Shown in pieces: positions 1 through 13,760 of a stretch of DNA of 64,000 nt. A model generated the notes under the pieces. It saw only the letters and a list, made by a program, of their open reading frames with translations. It did no database searches and was not told where the DNA came from. The position numbers and the translations under genes were made by a program. Numbering within the stretch: the stretch's first letter is position 1; each line of letters starts with the position of its first letter. Source of the DNA: Octopus vulgaris (Eukaryota); assembly GCA_951406725.2 (NCBI GenBank), contig OX597830.1:49104001-49168000 (forward strand), read 5' to 3'.

Positions 1-117
1 TCTATCATACTCTCAATTTTGGTCAACTTGCGCCGCAGTGTCTCGGAGGAGGTAGTGTTAGTTGAAGGCTACCAAACCTACCCTACACAGACAACTTCAG
101 CTTTATATATAGAGAGA
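1..117 (-). mobile_element. 5' end of non-autonomous Helitron (same family as 26718-27065), cut by window edge
   Basis: Near-identical to 26967-27062 (tcaattttggtcaacttgcgc..gtctcggagga..cagctttatatat); minus strand starts A|TCTCTCTATATATAAAGCTG, a Helitron-type TC 5' end. Confidence 0.7.
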
Positions 118-2299
118 TTATCGAGTACTTCCTCACTAATAAAAAAAGACCCGTCAACTTTTATTACACAGTATCTCCTTCTTTGATCGTTTTAAATTAT
201 TATTTTTTGGTCGCTCTATACACCATGTCGTTTCTGGTTTTACAAGCCACCTTATATAAGTATATTTTAAGCTCATGTCAAGAAAGATTTTTTTTTTACA
301 ATCATTATTTCAATATCGTATTTTTTTTAAGGTCTTGCAAGTTCTATTCATTCTTCTCCATTTATATTCTTTTATTGTTTTTTGTTTGTGCTTCATACCA
401 CCCTTTGTTTTGTCTGCTATTAGTAGGACATAATTTGTTTTATAAAATTACATTTACCATAAAATTAGTATTTTAAACCTGTAGGGCTTTCAACAGCCAC
501 CAACCTCACAGAGACATTTCATCTATAATATGGATATTTTAATTATTTATAATTTTGAATTCATCCTAAATTACTTTCGTTTGTCTCTGTATACAGCTTG
601 CTCTCTCCTCTTTGTCATTTTATTGGTTGCATATGTTTAACATACTTGTCTATTTCTACAAGTACATACATATTTTGTATGGATGTGTATGTATACTTCA
701 TGTTGATATGAATATATTTAACAATATTTTTATGTTAATTTACATGTATTTATATATTAGGGCATGCGAGTGTGTATAAACATATATGTATATATCTTCA
801 TATACGCATGTGTATTTAAAGTGTACTAATACGTATGTACATACATGTATTTGTGCTCACGTTGAGAGGTAGACGTATTCTTATATATACATTTTTTTAC
901 TTACACTTTCTCCTGAGGTTAATCTGATCTTTTCTTTAATACAGTAGGGCATTATATATCTTTGTATACTCGGTTAATTTATCCTCTATAAATTTTATTT
1001 TAATCTTTTATTATAAGTTCAACTTTTAAATACATAATTTTGCAATCCTATTTTCCTTTCAATCTTTTTCAATTCTTATGTCTGGCTACATTCATTTTTG
1101 CTCGCTATTAAAGTAATTTTTCGATTTAATTGTTAATTATTGTTTATTCTAGCGTCAAGGTTAACCCATTCTGGCAGCAAAAACCATACTGCTATTTTTT
1201 GAAATAGTCACTCAATCAAATTCAATTGCTTATTCGTTGAACTGTAATGACTACGTTATATCATATTATATTTTTATATGTAGCCACATAATCTTTTTTC
1301 AATTGTCTGAAGAACGGCTGAGCGAAACTCTGAATAACAGTTTAAGATATTTTTCGCTTTTAGTAAATAAAATGTATGTATGTTTGTTGATGTGTTTGTC
1401 GGTTTCGAAGATGAGTAATAAGTTGTTCGATCAACTAAATTATCCGCTTTTTGAATTAGAGTGTAAGTGGCGGAGTATTTCACAGAGATTTGCATCCTAA
1501 AATCAAGCCTCAGGCAGAATCACCATGACACAGATGATGAGGCTTTACCTTTTTGAATTACTGGTACAATCCAGTCAGCATGCTTCTATATACTTTCTGC
1601 CTCTTCAGTTTTTTATCGCAAGGCATAGATCGATCCTAGGTTATAGAAAATTACATTTTCCCATTTGGCTACACACTGGGATCGAACCCGGACCTCGTGT
1701 TTATGAAATGAACTTCTTATCTATTAGACCATATTACTCACACACATACATACCTCTATGTATTAATGAGGAGAAACGACTAAAGAGAAATACAATAAAG
1801 GCAAATATACAAAAGTATGCAAAAACCTATATAAAAAGAAATTAAGGGGGAATAAATACAATGGAAAGGTGAAATAATATTAAAAAAAATATTTTGTTAT
1901 TCACTGACATCATTATATCATTAAGATATTTTATCATTTTTGTTTTTCGTCGCTGTTCAGGTTGAAAAATAAACATTTTAGCATTGTTTTTTTCTTCTAT
2001 TATTAAAAGCTTAAAGGTTAGAAATAATTTGAATATCGTTGAGCGGATTAAATTGTTTAGAAATACTTTGTGAGAGAGCAATGGGGGCAGTTAACATCAC
2101 TTTCATCTCTCATTTTCACCCTTTTTCACATCTTCTCATACAATATTATTTTGATGTTTTGTGTCCCCAATGCGTTGTAGTGTCCCCTCTAAGTAAAACC
2201 GTATGGTTAATAAAAAAAATTATAGAACTTCTCTTTTACCAAGATATAATCCAGAAACCAATTTTTAATGTTTCCGAAAACAGACTCCCGGCTCAAACA

Positions 2300-2611
2300 G
2301 GCATTTCATCGATTACGACGAGAGTTCCAGTTGATCTGATCAACGGAACGGCTCGCTCGCGAAATTAACGTTCGAGTGACTGAGTATTCCGCAGACCCAT
2401 GCATCCTTTACGCAGTTCACAGAGAGATTCAGTATCACACAGAGTGTGACAAGGCAAGCACTTTGAATTATGGGTGAAACTCATTTTTGACAACCGAATG
2501 GACTGCAGCAACGTGAAATAAAATATCTTGTTCAACGCGCTGCCAGGATTCGAACTCATGACCTTACGATCGTGAACCGAATACCCTAACCACTAAGCCA
2601 CGCACCTTCAC
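2300..2611 (-). mobile_element. tRNA-derived SINE, family C
   Basis: Minus head GAAGGTGCGTGGCTTAGTGGTTAGGG..GAGTTCGAATCC (A/B boxes); 3' part homologous to 41646-42025. Confidence 0.8.
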
Positions 2612-5126
2612 AGACAGCTTGAGCTATGAAAACAAGATTGCTCCTTAAAAGAATTATGAAAAACCAGAATCTGAAAACCTCATTATTCAGTGATAATTGA
2701 TGATTTTCTTTGTTTTAAACTCGTGCCAACTACTTTAGTTACGGAGGGTAGACAGGGTGTTCTGTCTTGCAGGTCTTCAGTTACGCAGCTGAAAAAAATA
2801 TTAACTTCCTCCAATCGAAAACTGATCAAGAATCTAATGTTTTCTTTTTTTCTCTCAATGTACATAACTTCTATAAGTTTTATTAACTGGTGAGATAGAT
2901 GTGTTTGTATTTAGCACGAAAATTTGTAGGTCAGCATAGCTGGGGAGGGAAGTAGAGTACTCAGCTGAGTTTTTCGAAGAGACTAAATTCCGACTAAGTC
3001 TTCCTTGGTCATTTTGTGGTCTTAATTCGGATGCCGTTTTAGGCTTGCCACCCTTATAAACCCTACAAAATGGTTTATTAGTATATGTGGCTTTCATGGA
3101 AAATGACAACACTATTAAAGTTAAATAGCACGTAATCAGCCTTCTTCTACGGTTAAACATTAAAACAGAGGAATATGGTACCAACTTTATTGTTACTGAC
3201 CTTGGTGAGATGAAAAGTAAAGTTAGCCTCATTGGGGTTTGAACTTACGATGCCATAAAGAAATACTGAAATCCATTTAGTTTAGTGTGATGGTTTTATA
3301 AGTGAGTTCTCTTTGCTTGCTTATTGCAGTTTGATATATTTACCATCAATTTAGTTGACTAAAATCAATATTCGATTAAACAGTATTGATATGACACTGC
3401 TTGAGCATTCTACCTTCAAAGATGTCTGTTTTACGTCAGGTACTGAGATTAATTAAAAATAATTTGGAATTAATTATAGCTTAAAACTAAAATGTTATTT
3501 CAAAGCTAAAAATATCCTAATGATTAGAATGAATATTTTATTTATATATTTTACTTGTATCATAATTTCTCAACTCCATTTTTATTTACAAACGTCTGGC
3601 CTTTTCCACCTCAAGTTCAAGTCTCGTCGAGGTTATTTACGCTTTTCCTCCTTCCAATCAAGTCCGAATAGAGATTATTCTCTCTCTGTCCCTCCCTTCC
3701 TGTATTCCTCTGTGAGAAGGGCAGTGGCAGATCACTCTCATCATCTTCTCCAGACATGCACAAAATATGGGTGTTGCATTAGCAACCTTTTCCGAAACCT
3801 GATATAATACAAAAACCGTCCAAGGACGGCTTGATGCAGACGCTGTCGACTAGAAACAACATTCGTGAAAAGATAGACATCACGAGTAGAATACTTCTCT
3901 TGCCTCATCACGTGGGAAAGATTGTTCGTTTCATTCCAGAGTTCAGACTCATACTTTGTTAATTATAGAATAGATTTGGTGCCCTCCATCGATAATATGA
4001 TAAATCCGTGAACAAATATTTAACTTATATTTCTGTATTTAAGCTAAATGTACCACATGATTACTATTCCAAAGTTTACTGAAATTCCCCCCATTAAATA
4101 TAAGAGCAATGGCGTAAGTATCAGTCGTCTATTTTGACTAAAAGCTAAGTATGATGAGTATGGTGTGGGAATACTGCGTTGCGGGTCTCTTGGAATCAGA
4201 ACATTTTCTTAGCTAAGTTAAAATGAGATACTACATATAATCAACCAACAAAAACGACTTTGTCTTGCGTTCTCTCTCTTCTTCTCTTTCCTTCCTTCTT
4301 TGTCTTGTTGTTGCGATGGTCTTTTCGCACTCTCAGCTTTTCTTTCTTTCTCTCGACTTGCCCATTACTCTTCCTTTCTCCATTAAGCTACAGGACATCA
4401 CAAACCCTTCATTGTTTTTCATTCAGTTTTCAATCGACCGTTCAACATTTTGCCGAAGAATACTTTGTTTAACTGAAATTGTTTGTTTTGTATTTTACTT
4501 TTTTATCTTCAGATCATAAGTGACACTATCTTATCAGTCTATTTTTTTTTCATTATTTATCTACCTTTCTTTCTATTGTATTCTCTTTCCGACAAACTTC
4601 TATCGTTTTTCCTCGCTACCTATCTTACTATTGTTTTCTCATCCACTATCCTTCTGTCATTCTAACCATCTACCATCGTACCAGCTCTCTCACTCTCTAT
4701 TCATTTATCTCTCGCTCTCTTTTTGCAGCTCTTGATTTAATTTGTTTTTGTATACTTCCACGTAGAAAACACATGTTCTTTACTATTACTATAAGCTTTA
4801 GCTCGCATAACTTAATGTTATTACCAAGTCAGGATAGTCTGTTTTTCTAGATACATGGGTTTTCGTTTTGTATTTATTCCCATTTGGCCCCCAACTTGCT
4901 TTTATTCGTCATTCGATCCACAGAGCTTGCTACTTTGCCTGTCGCTGCTTTTGCTTCAACTTTTTGTTCTCTCCCTGTTCGTCAATGGTGGCCGCTGGCC
5001 TAGACCTTACGGTACTGACACAGACAATTTGAACAATATTGTCGCATCTTGTTGAACGACAACTGACATGGAAAACAATGTTGGGGCTCGTTTGAGCTCT
5101 TGTGAACATGCACCTGTGTTTATATA

Positions 5127-5499
5127 CAGGATACGGTGAATTAATTGTCTAAATTACGCAAAAATGAAAATAACAGTGCCATCTCATTTTAACAGATATA
5201 TTTACCAAAATTATATAAAAATATCTTGAAATACTAAAGAGTTAATTTATTCAATAAAATCGTCATTGGATTCAACCATGGCCTCCAGACGACCTTGGAA
5301 TCTCCTGCAAATCTTCTGGACGGTCTCCTTGTTTAAGTTGGTGAGTGCATAATCCTTGCCTTCAGTTCATCTTTTGTGTCGCAAGGCGTTTTTGCTGGTC
5401 TCTCGCTCAACATCGCCCCACACATAATAGTGAAGGGGGTTGCAGTCTGGGGAGTTAACCATCGCACCCTGTACACACACACACACACACATACACACA

Positions 5500-5570
<71 letters not shown>

Positions 5571-6337
5571 GTATAATGTGAATAATATATAAAAACTCTA
5601 AGAATATTCAAAGATTTTCAGTTGCATTTTCAGTACAACGCTCAATTTTCAGTGTAAAATCTGATTGACAATAGCCGCAGACTGGTTTTCAGAAGTAAAC
5701 TGCAAGGTTAATACCCAAATTGAATTAATAGCGCGGATCTCTCTCTCTCATGAACGAGGATGGAGTTTTTCGATCTCTTGAACTACCATTGCTGGTGAAT
5801 TAGCGTGTAAGTGGCTGAATATCTCACAGAGATGTAAGGGGTGGTGTGGTCGCAGAGATTGTCTGACAGCCATGACTGGGCTCGCCTACTTGTGTGGCAT
5901 GGTGCAGAGTCCTGTTACTAGATATACGGTCTTACAATAGCCATTCTATTGACTCAGAGGACAGCACTACCTCCTGCAGGTACTTGATGGAGTCCTCCGT
6001 TTGAGTCTGAGGCCGGTTTGAGACCGAGGAAGATGAATGAGGAAGATAACGTCGCCATCACTAGTGATCACACCAAAGACCATGATGTTGACTGAATGTT
6101 TGAATTTTATCACACTCGGTACGTGTTTTAGGAACTCAGACTGACACCCAACACTCTGAAATGTTCCTATTGGAGCATGTCGTTTCCAAATCTCTGACAG
6201 AGTGAATTGCGTCATGGTGCTGTTTTTTCTCACATACGGTCTCCAACCGACTCTTCCATACCGTGTAGTCGACAAAATCAAAATTAAACATGGCGCGAAA
6301 TAAAAAATACAAAATGGCAACAGTTTAACCATCGCAC

Positions 6338-6340
<3 letters not shown>
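5127..6340 (-). mobile_element. Internally deleted Tc1/mariner maT (DD37D) transposon, interrupted by a ~370-bp insertion
   Basis: Imperfect TIRs (5127 caggatacggtgaattaattgt; 6340 minus agggtgcgatggttaaactgt) in TA context; peptides IMVFGVITSDGDV, QDSAPCHTS, NSPDCNPL(H)YYVWG; rejoined halves give 37-residue catalytic spacing. Confidence 0.85.
5455..5832. repeat. Direct duplicate of 6325-6674 (maT TIR + microsatellite + ~260 bp flank)
   Basis: ttaaccatcgcaccct at 5455 and 6325; gtataatgtgaataatatataaaaactctaagaatattc...ggctgaatatctca at 5571-5826 and 6412-6670. Confidence 0.95.
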
Positions 6341-6415
<75 letters not shown>

Positions 6416-7146
6416 AATGTGAATAATATATAAAAACTCTAAGAATATTCACAGATTTTCAGTTGCATTTTCAGTACAACGCTCAATTTTCAGTGTAAAA
6501 TCTGATTGACAATAGCCGCAGACTGGTTTTCAGAAGTAAACTGCAAGGTTAATACCCAAATTGAATTGATATATTATAGCGGATCTCTATCTCTCATGAA
6601 CGAGGATGGAGTTTTTCGATCTCTTGAACTACCTGCTGGTGAATTAGCGTGTAAGTGGCTGAATATCTCAGAGACCGTAATATTTTACGTAATTGTAATT
6701 TCCTATTAGAATCAGGGCGATATAGTATGTGACAAGTTTGTATCTTATGAATTACAAGTACAAAACACCCAGCGGGCTTCTATGCATTTTCCGTCTATCC
6801 AGTTTATAGGGGTCAACTTGATGCTACAGAATCTCACATCTACAACAGATGTCACGAAGTTGAGTCGCATTGTGGATTTCGATATTGCGAAGCGAACTTC
6901 TTAAACATTCGGCTAAACAGTGCTTATAAATGCTTACATATTGTGTACATATCTTTGTGTGTGTGTGTGTGTGTGTACAAGTGCAAAACGTTAAAAACAG
7001 TCATCAATACAAAAAGGCAAAAGTTGTTTGCTGCTTTTGCAAATTGGTTCTTCCAATTCCATATTATTATCACTTCGTATTTCTAGGTTAATGATCGGGA
7101 ACTTGAAATTGGAATAACAAGATGTGAGGGGCCACCTGCAATAGCT

Positions 7147-7498
7147 CATACATACACACACACACATACATGCATTCATGCATACATACATACATGCATG
7201 CATGCATACATACATACATACATACATACATACGTACATACATAAATACTTACATACATAAATACTTACATACATAGATACATGCATGTATACATACATA
7301 CATATATACATTCCAACACACATACATACATACGTACACACGTACACACATACACACATACATGCATACACAGATACATACATGCATACATACATACATA
7401 CATGCATGCATGCATACATACATACATACATACATATATACATACACACAGACACATGCACACGCACACACACGCGAACGCACACACACACACACACG

Positions 7499-7547
<49 letters not shown>

Positions 7548-7552
7548 CTAGC

Positions 7553-7585
<33 letters not shown>
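7147..7585. repeat. Compound (CATA)n/(CA)n/(TA)n microsatellite
   Basis: Directly visible. Confidence 0.95.
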
Positions 7586-7588
<3 letters not shown>

Positions 7589-8354
7589 GCTAGAATTTGC
7601 ATTATATGCTGGCCTGCAGAAATTTAGTGAACGGGTTTATTGTTTAAACTACAGAATGTACAACATGATAACTTTACGTTGGAGGGAATTCTTCATAAAC
7701 TCTTCAGGAGAAGTGTGTGTATGTAACTGTATAGGAAATGTATGTGTAGGGTTACAGGGGGTGTAACTATGATCTTGATACAGAAATCCCAAAAAAGCCG
7801 ACTCATTTCAATGCAAACTATAGCAATAAAAACAATTTACTTTGACAAAAATTTGATTAAAATTCATTTAATTAGTAGAATTGACTGTTTGTAAGTAGGT
7901 TAATTAATTTTTAATTCTGTTTGAAATTCAACGTAGCTCAATTAAGCAATGTGCAAATTAAATGTTATTTTGAAAAAAAAAAAAAGCAAAAATCAAACAA
8001 ATAAAAATGATGCATTACTAAAGAGATATATCATCCATGAGTCATTTTCGGAAGAGAATTAACTTCAGAGATATTCCCGAGAAAAAAATAATTTTGCTTC
8101 CTCAGCTAAAATAAGATCACAGAATCTCTCTGCTAAGATGAAGTTTCAAAGGGTAATTACCTGGTTAAACTGTTCAGCAACTTTCACTGGTGACAAATAG
8201 TTGTATTTGTGAAATAAGTAGACAACCTTCTGGTTTTTGACAATGTTGATATTCCTGTGTTTGTACTGAGACTCGTCAAATCTGATCTGGAAGAAACAGG
8301 TTCAAGGAATTGTAGCCGTGTACAAGCAGCATTTGCTTTCAGTTATGAGGTATG

Positions 8355-8752
8355 CTCTTTTACTTGTTTCATTCATTTGACTGTGGCCATGCTGAAGCAC
8401 TGCCTTTCACTTGTGCAAATTGACCCCAGGACTTATTCTTTGTAAGACTAGTACTTATTCTATCGGTCTCTTTCGCCGAACCGCTAAGTTACAGGTACGT
8501 AAACACACCAGCATCGGTTGTCAAGCGATGGTCGGGGGACAAACACAGACACACAAAAACATATACACATACAAACATATACACACATGTACGACGGGCT
8601 TCTTTCAGTTTCCGTCTACCAAATCCACTCACAAGGCTTTGGTCGGCCCGAGGCTATAGTAGAAGACGCTTGCCCAAGGTGCCACGCAGTGGGACTGAAC
8701 CAGGAACCATGTGGTTGGTAAGCAAGCTACTTACCACACAGCCACTCCTATG
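8355..8752 (-). mobile_element. tRNA-derived SINE, family A, full length
   Basis: Reverse complement matches 17309-17722 and 50170-50608 from head (GGAGTGGCTGTGTGGTAAG..GGTTCAGTCCC) to tail (GACTGAAACAAGTAAAAGAG). Confidence 0.9.
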
Positions 8753-9737
8753 AGGAACTAAATTATCCGATATATATATCTGTTCCATTTTACAGGAAAG
8801 TTGTTGTTTCTAGCAAGTCGAGTGACCAGACAGAGTCAAATATTATCGTCAAATATGTATATGGACTCCTCTTTGATAATATAAAGTGGGGACAGTAACT
8901 GGACGATTGTGAGGTGTAGAATTCATAATCAGTTTGAGAATTATGTATATTTGCGCGCACCTATGTGCGTGTATTTGTGCGCGTATGTGTGTGCGTGTGT
9001 GAGTGTGTGTGTGTGTGTACGTTACACATACATCCACACACGTTCACACACAGACAAGTTAATATAGTTGTATGTCTATGTACAAGGATACGTTCTTATA
9101 TCACACTTTACCATATCAATATTGATTCGCAAAATTGGCTTAGTGTCGGACGAAATATATTCCGGTGTTAGGAACCTTTAGGCATGGAACTCAGATACTA
9201 AGTCTAACTTTGCAGTTTATTCTTCCAGAATCGGTAAAATCAGGAACCAGTCAAGTAATAAAGTGTTGCAAATGATGCAAATAAATATGACAAGCCGCCC
9301 CGCCCCCGGAATAGAACTGAACTGCACTTTCTGCATGAAATACCACGATTTATATTCACTAAGCTGTAAGAAATGACATCAATATAAAACATTCACTACA
9401 TCACCTTAAGTTCTATAACAATCTTAAACTCTATAACAAATATGAAACGAAAACCAAAAATCTGGTGCGATAGAAAATATTATTACAATTTCATTGTAAC
9501 AATTTCTTTCTACCCAGTGATACTAATCTTGATGAGAATCTTAGATTTCAGATTCCAAATGACCACGGAAAATGAACGAAAGAAAGTTTCTATTTCAGGG
9601 AAGTTTTTTTTTTACATACGTGACCAGGTCAATGATATCGCTGTTAAAACTGACCACGTCTCAACTATTCATAATCATGTTGATAATCAGGCCATGTTGA
9701 TAATCAGGAGGTCAGTGATATCTCAGTATAAAAAAAA

Positions 9738-10135
9738 GGCGTGGGCATGGCTGTGTGGTAAGAAGCTTGCTTCTCAACCACACGGTTCCGGATTCAGTCC
9801 CACCGCGCGATACCATGGGCAAGTGTCTTCTATTACAGCTTCTGGCAGACCAAAGCCTTGTTAGTAGATTTAGTAGACGGAAACTGAAAGAAGCTCGTTG
9901 TGTTTATTATGTGTCTGTGTGTGTCTGTTTGTCCCCCACCACCGCTTGATAACCGGTGTTGGAGTGTTTACGTCCTCGTAACATAGCGGTTCGGCAAAAG
10001 AATTCGACAGAATATGTACCAGTTTTTAAAAATAAAATGAATACTGGGGCTGGTTAACTCGACTAAAAGTTCTTGGAGGCGGTGCCCCAGCATGGCGACA
10101 GTCTAAAGACTGACACATGTTAAAGATAAAAGAGA
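9738..10135 (+). mobile_element. SINE family A, older subfamily
   Basis: ggcatggctgtgtggtaagaagcttgc...gacggaaactgaaagaagc...ggcggtgccccagcatgg...aaagataaaaga. Confidence 0.85.
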
Positions 10136-11461
10136 AAACTAAATATTGTTGATTAAAGGTGATCTAGCCGTGCCTATTCTGTTTATACATGAATCCTTGA
10201 AAGAGAATTCGAGGGCTGTTTGGTTACTATTTCCAGTAGGTCGAAACTGTCCCAAAGTACTCACGTTGTTATGTGAGAATGTTACTGCACTGATATTTCT
10301 ATTTATTGGTTCTGCTGGAAAAAAAGACCACAAACCTCTAGACGAATGTTATAATGCTCATTCCTTCACTGAAAATGTCGCGTGAAGTTGTACTAACAAG
10401 AAATCTATAACCTGGCAAGACGTTTGCAGTTGTCATGCAATCTCTGCTACCAATTATTTTCATCGTAAAACTGATTTATTTTCGATTCCATCATTAATAA
10501 ACACTGTTATTATAGCTTCCTGGATATCAGTTACTATAATATTTTATACAATTATTATTTCACTGCTGATAAATTTCCAACTTGATTTATTAGAATTCGA
10601 CATATTTAATAAAGTTAATTTACAGCGTGATTAAAAGCATTTCCTCATAAACTGAGGTTGTTTCAATAAAACAGTTTATGAGGGAATAAATATTTATACA
10701 CCCCTACATTTCAGAAATAATAGTCATTTCATAGCCGCTGCAACTTTCCAACAAACTGATGGGTCGATGTGGTTGTATGATCAGATCGAGCTAATCGACG
10801 TTTAGGTTGGGATGAGCGAATGCATTTGCTGAAAATTATAGAGGGACAAAATTATTGTTTTGAAAATGATAAATGTGGAAAAAATGTAAGAGTAATGAAT
10901 AAAGAGGAATCTGATGCATCAATTTGTTATTGGGGTGGTGGTGGGGTTGAGTCAGTGTAATTTTTCAAATTCAGAGAAATAGATTTTGTTGCAGTTACTT
11001 TTACTGTTATAATCAGGGAAAGAAGAGCATCCCGCATGACTATTTTCTGAAATTTTCTGTTTCTTCAGGATTTCCAAAGGACGGGGAGAGAGGGCCGAAG
11101 TTATCCTCAAACCGCAATCCTGGTCTGAATTCATGAAGGAGAATAGCCTCTGGTAAAGTTAACCACGAGCTAGGGGATGACAGTGTTAAAACCAGTGGCA
11201 ATTCCACCAAACCAGCACCAAGGACAGGTACTTCATTTTATCGATCCCCAAAATGGTGAAAAATCAAAAGTGATATTGTTAGAATTTGAACTCTGGTTAC
11301 AGTGTCGAAACATTATGCGCAAGGCAGTTTGTCCATCCCAAAACAGCAATTAATGTAAGTATGCCTTTTTAAAGACTGCAAGCGAATTTTCAACTTCACT
11401 TCGCTTCTCTGTATACTTCCACACGCGTGGAAAAAATGTTCCTGTATATATATTCTTTTAG

Positions 11462-11700
11462 TCTTTTATTCTTTTACTTCTTTCAGTCATTTGCCTGCGG
11501 CCATGCTGGGGCAGAACTTATTCTATCGGTCTCTATTGCCGAACCGCTAGATTATGGGGGCGTAAATACATCCACTGACAAGGCTTTGGTGGGACCGAGG
11601 CTATAGTAGAAGACACTTGCCCAAGGTGTCATGTAGTAGGATTGAACCTGGAACCAGGTTCATTGGGAAGCAAGCTTCTCACTACACAGTCACACCTGCA

Positions 11701-11703
<3 letters not shown>
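11462..11703 (-). mobile_element. SINE family A, internally deleted
   Basis: Head and tail match family A; central part missing. Confidence 0.8.
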
Positions 11704-11745
<42 letters not shown>

Positions 11746-12685
11746 ACACACTAACATAGGTATAAAAGTCCACATACATACGCTCACGCACAGATTTATG
11801 TATGTGTTTGTGCATCATAAATATATATATATATATATATATAAGTAGTCATCCGTTCATGCCTGCGCACCAAAACCGCGCTGACCGTATAGTTGATGTC
11901 TGGCTCACCAGACCAATACATCCCATTAAATAGGATTATTTTGTAATCCTGGCCATGATGCCAAACATTGTCCAACCGAGTAAGTTAGACCTCGATAGAA
12001 AAATAATTATCTTACCGTTCGCTGAAAGTTTAAGGAAAGAAATATAACCGACAAAACTACAAAAAAGACTCTAATCAACTACGTTCTCTGATATTTCAGA
12101 AACAAGTGTAACATAAGCTTATTTATATCAATACAGTTTCTAACATTTAGCCCGTAGATACACTTTCTTCAATTAGTTTTATCTCCATTGTTCTTTTTTT
12201 ACTTTGCGTCATTGAAGTTTTACGAGTGAATGTTTCGTTTCTTCTCAAGCGCTCTCCATCCATAGAAATATTTCATCAGTAGCTATTTCATTTCTCATTG
12301 ATTATCTGATTGGCTTCAGGTTGAAAATTCTCAATATTTTTTTTTCTTGCCAGTCCAACACTCGATCGTCATACCACTCACGATTATTCCAGAAACTATC
12401 ATCTTGTTCTAATACACAAACATTTCTTTCTTTCGCTAAACGATTTCGATCTCATTCTATATGAATTAGTGATTTTTTTTTGTTTTTGTTTACACCCTAT
12501 AATCTCGTGCAACAATCTCCGATTCCTGAATTTCAATCGCCGAGTTGTTGCTTGATTTATAATGTCTAATAATTGTTATTACCAGCTTATAATTGTATCT
12601 CAAACTCTTTCTCTCCTTCATATGCTAACGATAAATGCATTACGTGTGTTGTATCTTTACTTCTGAAAAGCAGTTTTCCAATCTT

Positions 12686-12726
<41 letters not shown>

Positions 12727-12829
12727 GTCTCGGAAGCACACGGAAATACTTTTTTGTGAAAAACATTATAACTCCAGAAAAATAAAAACGTGATAATGTA
12801 ATATTTTTGTTAAATTCACGGATTATCCC

Positions 12830-12921
12830 CCTCCTCCTCCTCCTCCTCCTCCACCCCATCCTCCTCCTCGTCGTCGTCGTCATCATCATCATCATCATCA
12901 TTCTTCTTCTTCTTTTCTTCT

Positions 12922-12967
<46 letters not shown>

Positions 12968-12980
12968 ATTATTATTATTA

Positions 12981-13048
<68 letters not shown>
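12830..13048. repeat. Compound trinucleotide array (CCT)(CGT)(CAT)(CTT)(ATT)
   Basis: Directly visible. Confidence 0.95.
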
Positions 13049-13050
<2 letters not shown>

Positions 13051-13350
13051 GGCAGTGAGCTGGCAGAATCATTGCGACACCGGACAACATAGTTAGCTAC
13101 ATTTTTTTTCTGACTTTACTTTCTTAGTTCAAATGTTATCGCGGTCGACTTTGACTTCAATCTTTTGGGTTCGATAAAAGTACCAGCTGACCTCTGGGGT
13201 TGGATATACCCACTAGTCTTCCACGCCAGAATTCTGGCCTTTTGCCTATTAATGAACGAGCTGACATAATCGTATGCACACAGGACAGAATACTTAACAT
13301 CATTTTCCCAGGTTTACATTCTGAGTTCAAATGTTACCGAGGTCGAGTTT
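13051..13350 (+). mobile_element. Two degenerate SINE family B copies
   Basis: ggcagtgagctggcagaatc..gttcaaat..gtcgactttg..gataaagtaccag; second head gagctgacataatcg at ~13257. Confidence 0.7.
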
Positions 13351-13519
13351 TGGGGTCTGGTTGAGCTCAGAAGTGGAAGAAGCAGACTTCACCTTCCTCT
13401 CAAAGGCTCATGTTTTGTTGTTGTTGTTGTTGTTGCAAAGGCACATGTTTAGTAATTAACATAAATTGTATACTGGTAACCTGTCACCTGCTTTGTCATT
13501 AGCACCTGGCCCTTGAGTC

Positions 13520-13760
13520 TTTTCACGAATCTCAATGTACTGGAAATTTGCTTTCGGTCTGAGAATAATTTCTTCTCATGAGTATTGAAGAAGCCGAAAA
13601 AAAGTCACGAATGCTGCCATTTCTTCCTTTGACGAAACCGTAAAAAGTAAGATTCAACAGCTTACTCAATATCTCTCATACGCTGTTGCAGTAATAGTCT
13701 CAGTGGAACAAATTTATCCTGCAATACTGAACAAATTGACTCGGTTTGATTGTGGAGAAG
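13520..13760 (-). mobile_element. Possible highly decayed RTE-type LINE RT fragment
   Basis: Minus strand reads FSIAG*IC..LLQQRMRDIE..GFRQGR across frameshifts, resembling RTE LSIAGKI..LLxRL..GFRxGR. Confidence 0.35.

Noticed and set aside
8518-8721. Recurrent peptide [42 protein letters not shown] as a gene family
   Set aside because: Antisense translation of SINE family A, repeated at each copy.
12300-12460. Coding-like minus frame DRNRLAKERNVCVLEQDDSFWNNREWYDDRVLDWQ
   Set aside because: Short, no recognisable family or splice signals; probably a decayed TE.
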